From positions 57,548-121,547 of the forward strand of contig CAZWIS010000003.1 in assembly GCA_964634275.1 (NCBI GenBank): 64,000 bases of DNA, read 5' to 3'. Positions 9,410 to 18,452 of the stretch are shown piece by piece. The position numbers were made by a program, and so were the translations under genes. The stretch comes from an uncultured Candidatus Cloacimonadota bacterium. GTDB lineage: Bacteria > Cloacimonadota > Cloacimonadia > Cloacimonadales > Cloacimonadaceae. Numbering within the stretch: position 1 is the first letter of the stretch; each line of letters starts with the position of its first letter. The notes under the pieces are model-generated. The model did not search any database. It had not been told where the DNA came from and saw only the letters and a list, made by a program, of their open reading frames with translations.

Positions 9410-10303
9410 ATGGAAAAAGTTTTGGATCAATACTTCAGTTACCTTCGACTCGAGGGTAAATCCGAACATACTATTACTGGGTATCGACTCGATCTGGAGC
9501 AATTTTACAATTATATCCTGCCTTTCTTTGAAAATGGACAGATCGTTATCCATGACATCCAAATCATCCAGATCAGAGATTTTCTTCGTCATTTACACGA
9601 CAAACCGGATTGTAACAGGAGTTTGGCACGTAAAATGGCTGCCTTAAAATCCTTCTTTCAATATTGCAAGACCCATGATCTTATTACAGCAAACCCTATG
9701 GATAAACTCAAACGTCCAAAGTTTGAGAAAAAACTGCCCAAGTTCTTTTCTGAAGATGAGATGGAGCTATTACTCAGCATCCCGGATCTTGAAAACCCTA
9801 TTGGAGTAAGAAACAGAGCTATCCTCGAGCTGATCTATTCTTCGGGACTCCGAATTGGTGAGATCGTCACCCTGAGATTGATAGACATAGATCAAAGACG
9901 AAAACTCGTGAAGGTAACTGGTAAGGGCGATAAACAGCGACTTGTCCCGATCGGTGTCAAAGCATTACAGTGGATCGAAACATATCTCTCTGTTCGTTCC
10001 AGCTTCGACCCCGACCACAGCCGGGACTTACTGTTTCTGACGTACACCGGCAAACCTTTTGATTTCAAGCAAATGAATACTATTTTGCAAAGGTACATCA
10101 GCCTAATAGCACAGCAAAAGGGATTTTCACCCCATTCAATCAGACATTCCTTTGCCACTCATATGTTAGCGCGAGGAGCCGATCTTCGTGCCATTCAAGA
10201 AATGCTGGGTCACTCAAATCTCTCCACCACAGAAATCTATACCCACGTAACACTTGAAGACATCAAGGATGCATATCACAAAGGACACCCACGTTCCAAT
10301 TAG
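9410..10303 (+). CDS. xerC: Tyrosine site-specific recombinase XerC/XerD
   Basis: N-terminal SAM-like domain (YLRLEGKSEHTITGYRLDLEQF). Catalytic signature R...HSIRHSFATHML..GADLRAIQEMLGHSNLSTTEIYTHV. 297 aa. Confidence 0.9.
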   Translation: MEKVLDQYFSYLRLEGKSEHTITGYRLDLEQFYNYILPFFENGQIVIHDIQIIQIRDFLRHLHDKPDCNRSLARKMAALKSFFQYCKTHDLITANPMDKLKRPKFEKKLPKFFSEDEMELLLSIPDLENPIGVRNRAILELIYSSGLRIGEIVTLRLIDIDQRRKLVKVTGKGDKQRLVPIGVKALQWIETYLSVRSSFDPDHSRDLLFLTYTGKPFDFKQMNTILQRYISLIAQQKGFSPHSIRHSFATHMLARGADLRAIQEMLGHSNLSTTEIYTHVTLEDIKDAYHKGHPRSN

Positions 10304-10312
10304 TACGATAAA

Positions 10313-10446
10313 ACCGTTGAACATGTCTTCCTATATTACAAATCGGTGGGTTTTCAGCCAAATTGTGCGCACAAAAACAGTCGTCTATACTCTCCAACCA
10401 CCCTTTGTGTGTGGAGCGCTGCCCTATACCCCGAATATGCAATGGT
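10313..10446 (+). repeat. 134-nt dispersed element, copy 1
   Basis: Alignable end to end with 22101..22234 and 45174..45307 (same length and orientation). The ends ACCGTTG / CAATGGT are inverted-complementary with one G-T position. Begins 10 nt after the xerC stop. Confidence 0.8.
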
Positions 10447-10468
10447 CTGTCTTAAAGGTCTCACCTCA

Positions 10469-11461
10469 TTAATTCAGTACTAAACCAGCAATAGAAAAAT
10501 ATATAGATATTGTAAAGAGATCACTTATTGTAAGGGCAAGAGGACCGGAGGCAATCTTTGGGTCCAGCTTTAGTGCATGAAGAATAGTTGGTATCAGGAG
10601 ACCGACCAGATTCGCCGTAATCAAGGTAAGAATCAATGAACCACCTATAACCAGGGCTGCCATCAGGTTTTTTTGCCAAAGAAATACTACGGTACCTACC
10701 GCTATTCCACAGGCCAAGCCCAAAAGAACAGCCGTAATAAACTCTCTGATAAACTCTCTGATAAACCATTTGGACGTAGGCGACTGTGATCTGAGGGCTT
10801 GGATCGTTACCGTCATTGACTGCATACTTACACTTTCCCCCAAACCGAGGATCAGAGTAAGAAAAAATGAAAGTATCAGCATAGTTGCCAGGATATTCTC
10901 AAATCTGGAAGTCATAACAGCGCTCATCAACCCACCCGCAATGGATGCTATCAGCCAGGGAAAGCGGAATCTGAATGCTTTGAAGTGGGAGGCTCCTTTG
11001 ATGCTGGAAATATGAAAACCTATCGTTTCAAATACTTCATCCACCCTGTCACGTTCCAAGATGTCGGAGATGTTTTCTGTAAATGAACTTACATCGATGA
11101 TCCCTACTATCCTTTTATCACTGTCCACTACTGGTAATGCCAGATACTTGTGGATCACAAAATCAGTCATAACGTCCATCAGTTCTGCATTTTCAGGAAC
11201 GCTGCGAACTCTCTGATCGGCAATACTATTGAGCTTTACGTTCAAGTCCGCAGTCAAAAGACTTCGAGTGGATACCACTCCCTTCAGATGCCTCTCATTA
11301 TCAATAGTATAGAAATACATGACACGTGGCTTTGCCTCGCTGAAACGGATGAAATCCAGCGCTTCAGAGACCGTCAGCTCTTCACTGAGAGCTATATAAT
11401 CCTCATGCATTGCAGTTTTAATCGATTGTCGGCTATACTGATTATTCATAGGATTCTCCAT
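10469..11461 (-). CDS. mgtE: MgtE-family Mg2+ transporter lacking the N-terminal domain (CBS pair + MgtE membrane domain)
   Basis: CBS-pair region (ALPVVDSDKRIVGIIDVSS) followed by 5 TM helices with the MgtE pattern (GLGESVSMQS..., GLLIPTILHALKLDPKIASGPL). Only 330 aa. Confidence 0.8.
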   Translation of the reverse strand: MENPMNNQYSRQSIKTAMHEDYIALSEELTVSEALDFIRFSEAKPRVMYFYTIDNERHLKGVVSTRSLLTADLNVKLNSIADQRVRSVPENAELMDVMTDFVIHKYLALPVVDSDKRIVGIIDVSSFTENISDILERDRVDEVFETIGFHISSIKGASHFKAFRFRFPWLIASIAGGLMSAVMTSRFENILATMLILSFFLTLILGLGESVSMQSMTVTIQALRSQSPTSKWFIREFIREFITAVLLGLACGIAVGTVVFLWQKNLMAALVIGGSLILTLITANLVGLLIPTILHALKLDPKIASGPLALTISDLFTISIYFSIAGLVLN

Positions 11462-11602
11462 GTTCTACTACCATCTAGTCTATGCGGGATCAATTCCTTT
11501 ATCTGTCAAGTTTTTTGGTTTATCACACAAACTATCTGTGTTCATCTGTGGGTATCCGATAGTAGAGCTTTGCCCCATTCATCATTTATACAATGTGTCT
11601 AT

Positions 11603-11633
11603 AAAGAGTCACTGAAAACTTCAAATGCCGAAA
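11603..11633 (+). repeat. 31-nt intergenic motif AAAGAGTCACTGAAAWCTKCAAATGCCRAAA, copy a
   Basis: Near-identical to the reverse complement of 40966..40996. Shorter relatives at 40753..40776 and 40814..40837. Confidence 0.7.
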
Positions 11634-12251
11634 TCTAAGCAATAATCTACCAACATCCATATTATTCGTCAGTCTAAACCATTGAAATCATATCTCAATA
11701 TATGCAATCGATATGAACAGTTTGTTCTTCTAGTCAAGTCCAAGTAAGTTATGTTTGAAGTTTGTGGATGGCCTTTTCTCAGAATTCAGCCACTAACTCC
11801 TTGACTACTAAAAGAAGCCCAGAATTCGGAAGAGCCCACTCACCAAGCAGGAATCATATAGCCCACTGCAAGCTAAGGCATTATTACAAACCACAGAGGC
11901 AATCGCTGAGCCACCTAAACTTTTTTACCTTGTTTTATAAGTGGACACTACAGCAAGTTCCAGTACAAGGAAACTTTTATGATCAGACACAACACACTTT
12001 TACTCGAGAGCATGAAGGCGTACTCCACATCCAGTACTCAGTCTCATACCATTGCCGGGGAGCCACTTAAATTACCACTTACAGACGAATTGCACTCTAC
12101 CCTAAATAGGTCATAAACCGATTCAATCAACAGATTGAGTAAAACTCACCAAGTCAGATGCAGTTGGTACAATCGCTCCTGCACCTCCTGGCACGGTATC
12201 AGGATAGTGTTTAAAGTCTATTCTACCAATTAGGCTTATGTTTCCAGTGTT

Positions 12252-15200
12252 CTATTGTTCATTGCGGCTTTCGCTGATGTCCGACACCGCTACAACTTTG
12301 AAGAACGCTGTGTTATGAGTAGAACAATCTACCTGCCATGTAGTATTGTATGTTTGGGCTATTAGCTCGTAAGTGCCGTTCAGGCTTGAAGCACGATAGA
12401 TTTTATAAGAATCCGCACCAGGTACAGCATCCCAACTCAGGATTGCCCCAGTGAATAATTCAAGGCTGGGTGAACTTAAAAACTCTGGCACCATTGCCTC
12501 GCTGCTGACCCAGTTTGAGCTGTTGCCGTCTAATGAGAAGCAGTGTAGTGTACCATTCATGAGGTTCTTATGGTCTGGTAGAGTGTTGACTTCCGAGTTA
12601 ACTCCTTCTGGGACTCCGCAGTTAAAGCTATAATATTGCTGTAGGCCATAAGAGTCCAGTTCTGGTGGTGCCGTCATCAGAGCAGATACCTGAGCAGTAG
12701 TTAGCATGATATTCCACAAGGAGAATTCATCCATCCTGCCCTTGTAATAATACGAGCCATCCGATCGTCGGCCAAGATTAAACGCGCCAAGACTTCCGCT
12801 TATAAATGTCCCCACTGGGTTATATCCGTTGTTTATCCAGATCTGCTCCACTCCGTTCACCCAAATGTGCGCTTCAGCCGGAGCTGCGCTATAGGCACAA
12901 ACTATGTGTACCCAAGTATTCTCCGGTAACACAGGGCCAGCATCCAGGAATACTCCGGTTGCAGGGATAAAGCGCAGATTATTGTTTGAAGCACCCGTAT
13001 GGATTTCCATTTGCTCATAGCTGTTTGCGCAAATAAAGTCTATATCACTCGAGGAGGAGGGTTGCCATTTCACCCACGTGCTAATGCTAAAGGTATTGCT
13101 AAATGCTCCGGATGGATGTTGCATCTCCACATAGTCATCAATACCATCAAAGTCAAGGGCGTTACCTCGCAGACCCTGCTGACGAATACTACACACCCTA
13201 TCGGGGGTTTGCCCATTGCTAAAAGTTATTGTTGCAGTCCGGGTTGATAAACCCGGGTTTGCATCGGCATAAATGCTAAGGATTTTGTTGTGCATGCCGG
13301 AGGTTTCCGATACATGCAGCCATGATGCGGAGCTTGTGGCTGTCCAGGCACTCATGGTTGTTAATCCGACCAGAATACTTTCCCCTTGCCCACTGCCTAA
13401 TAATGCTTCGGAGTGGTCAATTTCCAGATACGATGTTACCATATTACCGGTGCAGCGAACATCGTCCAATACCGTCACTGAGTAATAATCTCCACCACCA
13501 TACCAAAAGCTGCTGACCACTGAAAACCTGAATTGATATACATTGGCTGGCAATGAGCTGATATCATGGACTACATGCCTTTCTCTTTCGTCATAGTATA
13601 ACCACAGTGAGTCTCCCAAAGACACCCAATCCGCACTATTGAGAGCTTTGTATGATAGCTTTAGGGTAGAAGCTCCATACCAGTAGTTATTGTTATATCC
13701 TTTAACAAGATAGCTAAGATACTTTGTCCCTTGACTTAGCTGGATATGCGACGTAGTAAGGTAAGAAGTGGGGTAGTTGTTGTTTAGCAGAGAAATAGCA
13801 CTATGCTCTTCGTGCAGTATCAGTTCCGGTATATAGGTACAATATGAGCTTTGCACCCATTGCTCGTCACTTCTCTCCCAACCTTCTGGCGGAAATACTG
13901 CAGTCTCAAAGTTTTCCACAAAGCTTCCTGGAAGGTAGCTGATCCCCTTGAGAGCCAAAGTATCGGGAGTGGCATTTCCGGGGATTATCAGACTGGCGGT
14001 CTTTACTCCGGCAGTTTGAGGAGTGAAGCGTACTAAGAATGTGGCGTATTGGCCATTTTGTAGCATGCTCATACCATCTCCATAAAAGGTATATTCACTT
14101 GCATTGTCACCTTGAAGGGTCATCAAGTTGCTATTGAAAAACAAGGTGCCTCCGCCAACATTGCGTATGGTAACCAGCTTTAATGGACCGAGGATATCTC
14201 CGCTCTCCTGAGCATAAAAGTCTAACTCTTTGTGCGAAACTTGTACCTTAGGCTCAGTTGTGGCGTTACCGAGAACCAGCATCATATTGGGTATTTGGTT
14301 ATACACTGTGCCTGTGTAAAGGTTGCTAGGACCGGGATTGTTTGCGCTGGAACCATATCCAAGACTGCGAGGATTGCTTACTGTGCAGCCTCGGAAACCA
14401 ACCGAGTATCCCAAGTACAACGATTCGTTCTCCTCAGTTGCAATAAGTAAATTTGAGCTATTGTTATAGAGAAATGGCGTTTGAAGCTCTATGCCTATCC
14501 AGCCCGGAATAGCGGGCAAATCCACCCATCCTTCGAATACTTTGCTTAGGCTGGAAGCGGGGACCCAATCATCGCCATTATCAAAGGCTGTTTTTGTGGT
14601 GTGCCCCATGTATATACACCATTCGTGGGAACGCGAGCCTTCGTGGTGGCTGTCCCAATATAGCCACAGCTTACTGATCTGCTTATCTGGCAGATTTATC
14701 TCGCTTTGCAAGACTATGCTTTGACTATAGGAAAAACCCTTGTTCACTTCTATTGGCAAGCTGGTCAATGTCTCTTCGCCATTACCGATTACAACCGTGG
14801 GATGTGGCAGAGCTTCGCCTCTGAGTGGAAGATCAAAGTTTTGACGACACTGGTCATTAACAATGCGGAGAGTAGCTTCTTTTAAACCTTCGGAATTGGG
14901 ATTGAAATGTATAGGCAAAACTGCTGCCTGCCCCGCCGATAGAGCGAAGGGCAAGGAAGAGGAATCGAAGCTAAAGCATTCTGCGGCATCGCCGATAATG
15001 GAAATATCTTCAGCAGCAATGTGCAGCGTATCCAAACCACTATTGCTAATATTTAGGTTCAACACATTATTGGCATCGAACTGAATACCCAATCCAAAAT
15101 CCAGCATGTGAGGATTATAGCTAAGTACTGGTAAACCGGGATTAACACGGACCTGCACATTATCCACGAAAATTTGGTTTGTAGCATTGGAAAATGTTGA

Positions 15201-16604
15201 TCTCACATAGAAAGCGATCCTCTTTTGTCCTGCACTGCCCAAAGGAATGGTTATCCTGGTGGCAATATTACCCAAGCTGTTTAGCACGAACTCCGAACCA
15301 GTGTTATCCCATTTACGCAGTATATTAGAGTTATTCCAAGAGCCATCATCGCTTGCCAAAACGGCAAAAACATCATCCCATCCAGACATATCCGGAGCTT
15401 GGGAAGTGTATCTTAAAACCATGGCAACATCAAAGTTTAGCTCGTAGTTCGCAGAAGGGATACAAAGCACTGGAGTTATAAGCCATCCATTACTACTTTC
15501 CTGTAATGGGCAAAGTGCTGCCCGGTTGGTAGCTGATTGGTTCAGCCAGATTCCCAAACTCCAATTCCCAGTTCCGGGAACTCCCAAACTGGTACTGTCC
15601 GATAACACTCCACTATGCTTCGTCCAATCTTGGGGAGGGAATGATATTCCATAGCCGCTGCCGAAATCTGTCTGCCAAGGGAAACTATACACTGTTGGAT
15701 CTGCTTGTGTAGTGAAAGACCAGACAGGACAATCCACCGCATCGCCATATGAATTGTAGGGCACCACTCTCCAGAAATAGGTCGTGCTATACGCCAAAGG
15801 GCTGGTATAAGTGGAATCCTGTTGCATGTCTGCCAACAGGGCAGGGGGATCTGCTGTTCCCAAGAATAGCTTGTAACCTTCAGGGAAACCACCACCGGAA
15901 ATCCAGCTTAAAGTATTGGGGACTGGTACATTTACTGCTCCATTTCCGGGAAATGTGGGAACTGCAGTATTGGGAATAGTTGGGTTCAATGCTCCCATGC
16001 TGAAAGTGATATCAGCACGGTAGTTGCTCACTGCATATGCAACAAGCTCCGCACAGGCATTCATAGCGTCCGATAGCATATAGGCAGCCCTAGTGGCTCC
16101 GCTCCATGTCCAGTTTGTACCCGCATTGGCAGATTTGGGAGCGTAGTATGAGGTTAGGGAATAGCCCATGTCCAAAACAATATTTGATAATCCATCCCAC
16201 AAGAAGGGCTGAGTGAAATAGTGAGAATTTACCCCCAAAGAAGGCTGATACGACGATACTCTCCAGACCTCGGTTAATCCCTGCACAAAAACCTTGTCGT
16301 TGTTGCTCCATGCTTCGCGGGTTGTTGTTCCAATCTTTATCCGGTAATTTGATAATGGACCCACATTGTTTAGGGCTGCTACAGTCAAACTAATCGAATT
16401 GATGGGACCTGCTCCTCCACCCGCAGCAAGTAGTTCACTTGCGCCGATAATGTATTGCACCCGCTCATTACGATAGGTGTTTGCATAAGGACATGGAGAA
16501 TCATTGAGCCCATTATACTCTCCGCTACCACCGATCGTTACATTAACGGCAGATAAAGAAAACACTGTAAAAAATAATAACCAAACTCCAACGGTTCTTT
16601 TCAT
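12252..16604 (-). CDS. Giant secreted multidomain surface/adhesin-like protein (1450 aa)
   Basis: Signal peptide. Two FPPxGW-type (choice-of-anchor-J/cleaved-adhesin-like) modules (ISFPPQDWTKH, AVFPPEGWERS). Two ASH/choice-of-anchor-D-like modules (LDFGLG...NISNSGLDTLHI). A BACON-like module (AWTATSSASWLHV...RTATITF). A LamG/ConA-like module (GNALDFDGIDDYVEM...GRMDEFSLWN). C-terminal Fn3-like module (SWDAVPGADSYKIYR). Confidence 0.8.
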   Translation of the reverse strand: MKRTVGVWLLFFTVFSLSAVNVTIGGSGEYNGLNDSPCPYANTYRNERVQYIIGASELLAAGGGAGPINSISLTVAALNNVGPLSNYRIKIGTTTREAWSNNDKVFVQGLTEVWRVSSYQPSLGVNSHYFTQPFLWDGLSNIVLDMGYSLTSYYAPKSANAGTNWTWSGATRAAYMLSDAMNACAELVAYAVSNYRADITFSMGALNPTIPNTAVPTFPGNGAVNVPVPNTLSWISGGGFPEGYKLFLGTADPPALLADMQQDSTYTSPLAYSTTYFWRVVPYNSYGDAVDCPVWSFTTQADPTVYSFPWQTDFGSGYGISFPPQDWTKHSGVLSDSTSLGVPGTGNWSLGIWLNQSATNRAALCPLQESSNGWLITPVLCIPSANYELNFDVAMVLRYTSQAPDMSGWDDVFAVLASDDGSWNNSNILRKWDNTGSEFVLNSLGNIATRITIPLGSAGQKRIAFYVRSTFSNATNQIFVDNVQVRVNPGLPVLSYNPHMLDFGLGIQFDANNVLNLNISNSGLDTLHIAAEDISIIGDAAECFSFDSSSLPFALSAGQAAVLPIHFNPNSEGLKEATLRIVNDQCRQNFDLPLRGEALPHPTVVIGNGEETLTSLPIEVNKGFSYSQSIVLQSEINLPDKQISKLWLYWDSHHEGSRSHEWCIYMGHTTKTAFDNGDDWVPASSLSKVFEGWVDLPAIPGWIGIELQTPFLYNNSSNLLIATEENESLYLGYSVGFRGCTVSNPRSLGYGSSANNPGPSNLYTGTVYNQIPNMMLVLGNATTEPKVQVSHKELDFYAQESGDILGPLKLVTIRNVGGGTLFFNSNLMTLQGDNASEYTFYGDGMSMLQNGQYATFLVRFTPQTAGVKTASLIIPGNATPDTLALKGISYLPGSFVENFETAVFPPEGWERSDEQWVQSSYCTYIPELILHEEHSAISLLNNNYPTSYLTTSHIQLSQGTKYLSYLVKGYNNNYWYGASTLKLSYKALNSADWVSLGDSLWLYYDERERHVVHDISSLPANVYQFRFSVVSSFWYGGGDYYSVTVLDDVRCTGNMVTSYLEIDHSEALLGSGQGESILVGLTTMSAWTATSSASWLHVSETSGMHNKILSIYADANPGLSTRTATITFSNGQTPDRVCSIRQQGLRGNALDFDGIDDYVEMQHPSGAFSNTFSISTWVKWQPSSSSDIDFICANSYEQMEIHTGASNNNLRFIPATGVFLDAGPVLPENTWVHIVCAYSAAPAEAHIWVNGVEQIWINNGYNPVGTFISGSLGAFNLGRRSDGSYYYKGRMDEFSLWNIMLTTAQVSALMTAPPELDSYGLQQYYSFNCGVPEGVNSEVNTLPDHKNLMNGTLHCFSLDGNSSNWVSSEAMVPEFLSSPSLELFTGAILSWDAVPGADSYKIYRASSLNGTYELIAQTYNTTWQVDCSTHNTAFFKVVAVSDISESRNEQ

Positions 16605-16820
16605 GGTTGTCCCCTATTATGCCAGATACGGTCAGGGTAGCTGTAAAGTACTTTTCCATATGACTACACCTGACAACTAATCAGCTAAAATTTTGCCCCA
16701 GAATTAATAGATAGAGCTCTTTTGTCAAGAGTATTCTCGAGTTTACATCGTTCCATTTTCCTACGAATGGATTGATGTTGAACTTGTTACTGCCGCAAAG
16801 CATGACTCCAGTAGCATTGA

Positions 16821-17110
16821 TTATCGATAGTAGACAAAGTCGTATATCTTCTTCCAGTGTATGTTTTTGTACTTCATAATGTCAGGGGATGCGTGCATGT
16901 ATATTTGGGCAAATCTTTGGAGAGAATAGAGATAACACATGGTCAACAGGAGCATTTGGTTCATGTTTTGTAGCCTTGTATTGGTTATAAATTGTATCTT
17001 TTCCCATCCATAGTCTTGTTGTAGTTGAAAGTTAACTTCTTCAACTTCCATCTCATCCTATACATCTTCAGAGTCTTAGCAACAGTTTCACTTTGGGTCA
17101 AGACTGGTTG
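16821..17110 (-). pseudogene. C-terminal remnant of a DDE (IS4/IS5-like) transposase, frameshifted
   Basis: Minus-strand frame A reads ...QPVLTQSETVAKTLKMYRMRWK and then stops. Frame B (ORF 16821..17051) continues EVEEVNFQLQQDYGWEKIQF.... Joined, they give the Y-x2-R-x3-E-x6-K/Q signature block (YRMRW-VEE-F-LQQ) of DDE transposases. No N-terminal part and no inverted repeats were seen. Confidence 0.6.
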
Positions 17111-17563
17111 TCAATTGTCGACTCATTGTTGACTAGAATTTGATGATTATCACTAATGGGAGTAGGCTCTTTTTTTAAAGCACAGATTGAGACAAATAGT
17201 GTTTCTATGTAAATACCGCACAGAAGATTTTCAGTTATATTGTTGGATTTCCCTCTATTTAAGAAAGCCTACCTCGAATATGCAGTAAGTAATATATCGT
17301 TTGTTTGTAATATAATGTGAGTAGCTTTGTTCTATCAAAAAAACGTTCATGGCTCTGTGATGAAAAATCTGGGGGGATGCCTGTTTGAAAAAAATCTTGA
17401 CATGATAGTATAAAGACTACAGGGTGCGATGAGCATGGCTGGTGGATGTGCCATATTATATCTGGGCATGTATCTTTTGTTGTTAATATCTTCGATGATA
17501 TAGCATTACGGAAGAGGGATTACCGGCCGAATTCAGATATGTCGTTTACAAAGGAGAATGTTT

Positions 17564-18421
17564 ATGCTAAAGAGAGCTGTTTTGCTGTCCGTATTCCTGG
17601 CAACTATAATAGGATTGTTTTCTCTGGAATATGAATTAGGTGTCAAATATGGATTGGGCACATCCTCCGCATTTGGTAACGAATCTGGATATGAGTTGCT
17701 ATACAATATCAGCTCCATTGGAGCGACTACCGATGATTTCGGATTTATCAAGCTACGTTCTGAAGAGACGAAAAGAGGCTTATCACACAATGCGGGTGCA
17801 TATTTCTCTTTTAGAATGATAAAAAAAGTGGATTCCGTGTGGCTTCAAAGCGAAGTATTATGGCAAAGGTACGGATATTCGTATGACTTTAGAAATAGAG
17901 CCCCATACAGTAACAACCCTGTTCTTGCCTCCGCATTTGCAGATACGCTAAGAGGATCCATAGATCAAACTCTGGATTACATAACGGTACCCGTCCTGCT
18001 CAAATTAAAACAAGAGCTGCCAAGTGACGCTCCGGAAAGCACATACAATGGAGCTTACATCTACTTTGGACCATCTTTTTCATGGCTGATGGAGAATAAA
18101 TCCCAATCCAACCGGGGTATAAAAGCCCTGGATAATGCAATTGATGGTTTTGTCTCCGATAGTGTGATAGATGCTGATCCAAACCACATGTACAGCAGTA
18201 TTAGAACGGAAACTGCTTCTGACAAAGTATTGCCTCGCAAGATCGATTACGTAATTGGATTGGGGTTTAACTTGAAGAATATTTTCAATATGGGTATCGG
18301 CAAGGACGAGTTTACGATCGATTGCAGGTTCAATGCGGGTATGCAGCCTATTGGCAATGGCAGCACTCAGAAGGAATTCCGCTTGTATTCTGTTCTACTG
18401 TCTTTGGGCGTGAAGATATGA
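17564..18421 (+). CDS. Outer-membrane beta-barrel protein (porin/OmpA-barrel-like)
   Basis: Signal peptide (MLKRAVLLSVFLATIIGLFS) and alternating amphipathic beta-strand pattern. Start moved to the second ATG, 7 nt after AAGGAG (17551..17556). Confidence 0.6.
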   Translation: MLKRAVLLSVFLATIIGLFSLEYELGVKYGLGTSSAFGNESGYELLYNISSIGATTDDFGFIKLRSEETKRGLSHNAGAYFSFRMIKKVDSVWLQSEVLWQRYGYSYDFRNRAPYSNNPVLASAFADTLRGSIDQTLDYITVPVLLKLKQELPSDAPESTYNGAYIYFGPSFSWLMENKSQSNRGIKALDNAIDGFVSDSVIDADPNHMYSSIRTETASDKVLPRKIDYVIGLGFNLKNIFNMGIGKDEFTIDCRFNAGMQPIGNGSTQKEFRLYSVLLSLGVKI

Positions 18422-18452
18422 TAGTGCTGAGGGATCTATCCTGGAGGATAAT

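Noticed and set aside
9410-10303. Phage/ICE integrase marking a mobile element boundary
   Set aside because: Sequence and size are those of the housekeeping XerC/XerD type. Neighbours are ordinary metabolic and envelope genes. No tRNA, att-like direct repeats or phage/conjugation genes are present.
11462-11640. M-box (ykoK) Mg2+ riboswitch upstream of mgtE
   Set aside because: Only a short resemblance was found (minus strand GGGGCAAAGCUCUACUAUCGG versus the M-box 3' GCUAAAGCUCUACG). The other conserved blocks (GGUGAGGCU, CUGCCGCCC, ACGCCAAUGGGUCAACAG) are absent within the expected ~170 nt.
11762-12070. 102-aa ORF in the long intergenic gap
   Set aside because: It has no RBS, a His/Thr/Gln/Ser-rich composition unlike neighbouring proteins, and overlaps the short direct repeats. 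It is most likely a chance ORF.
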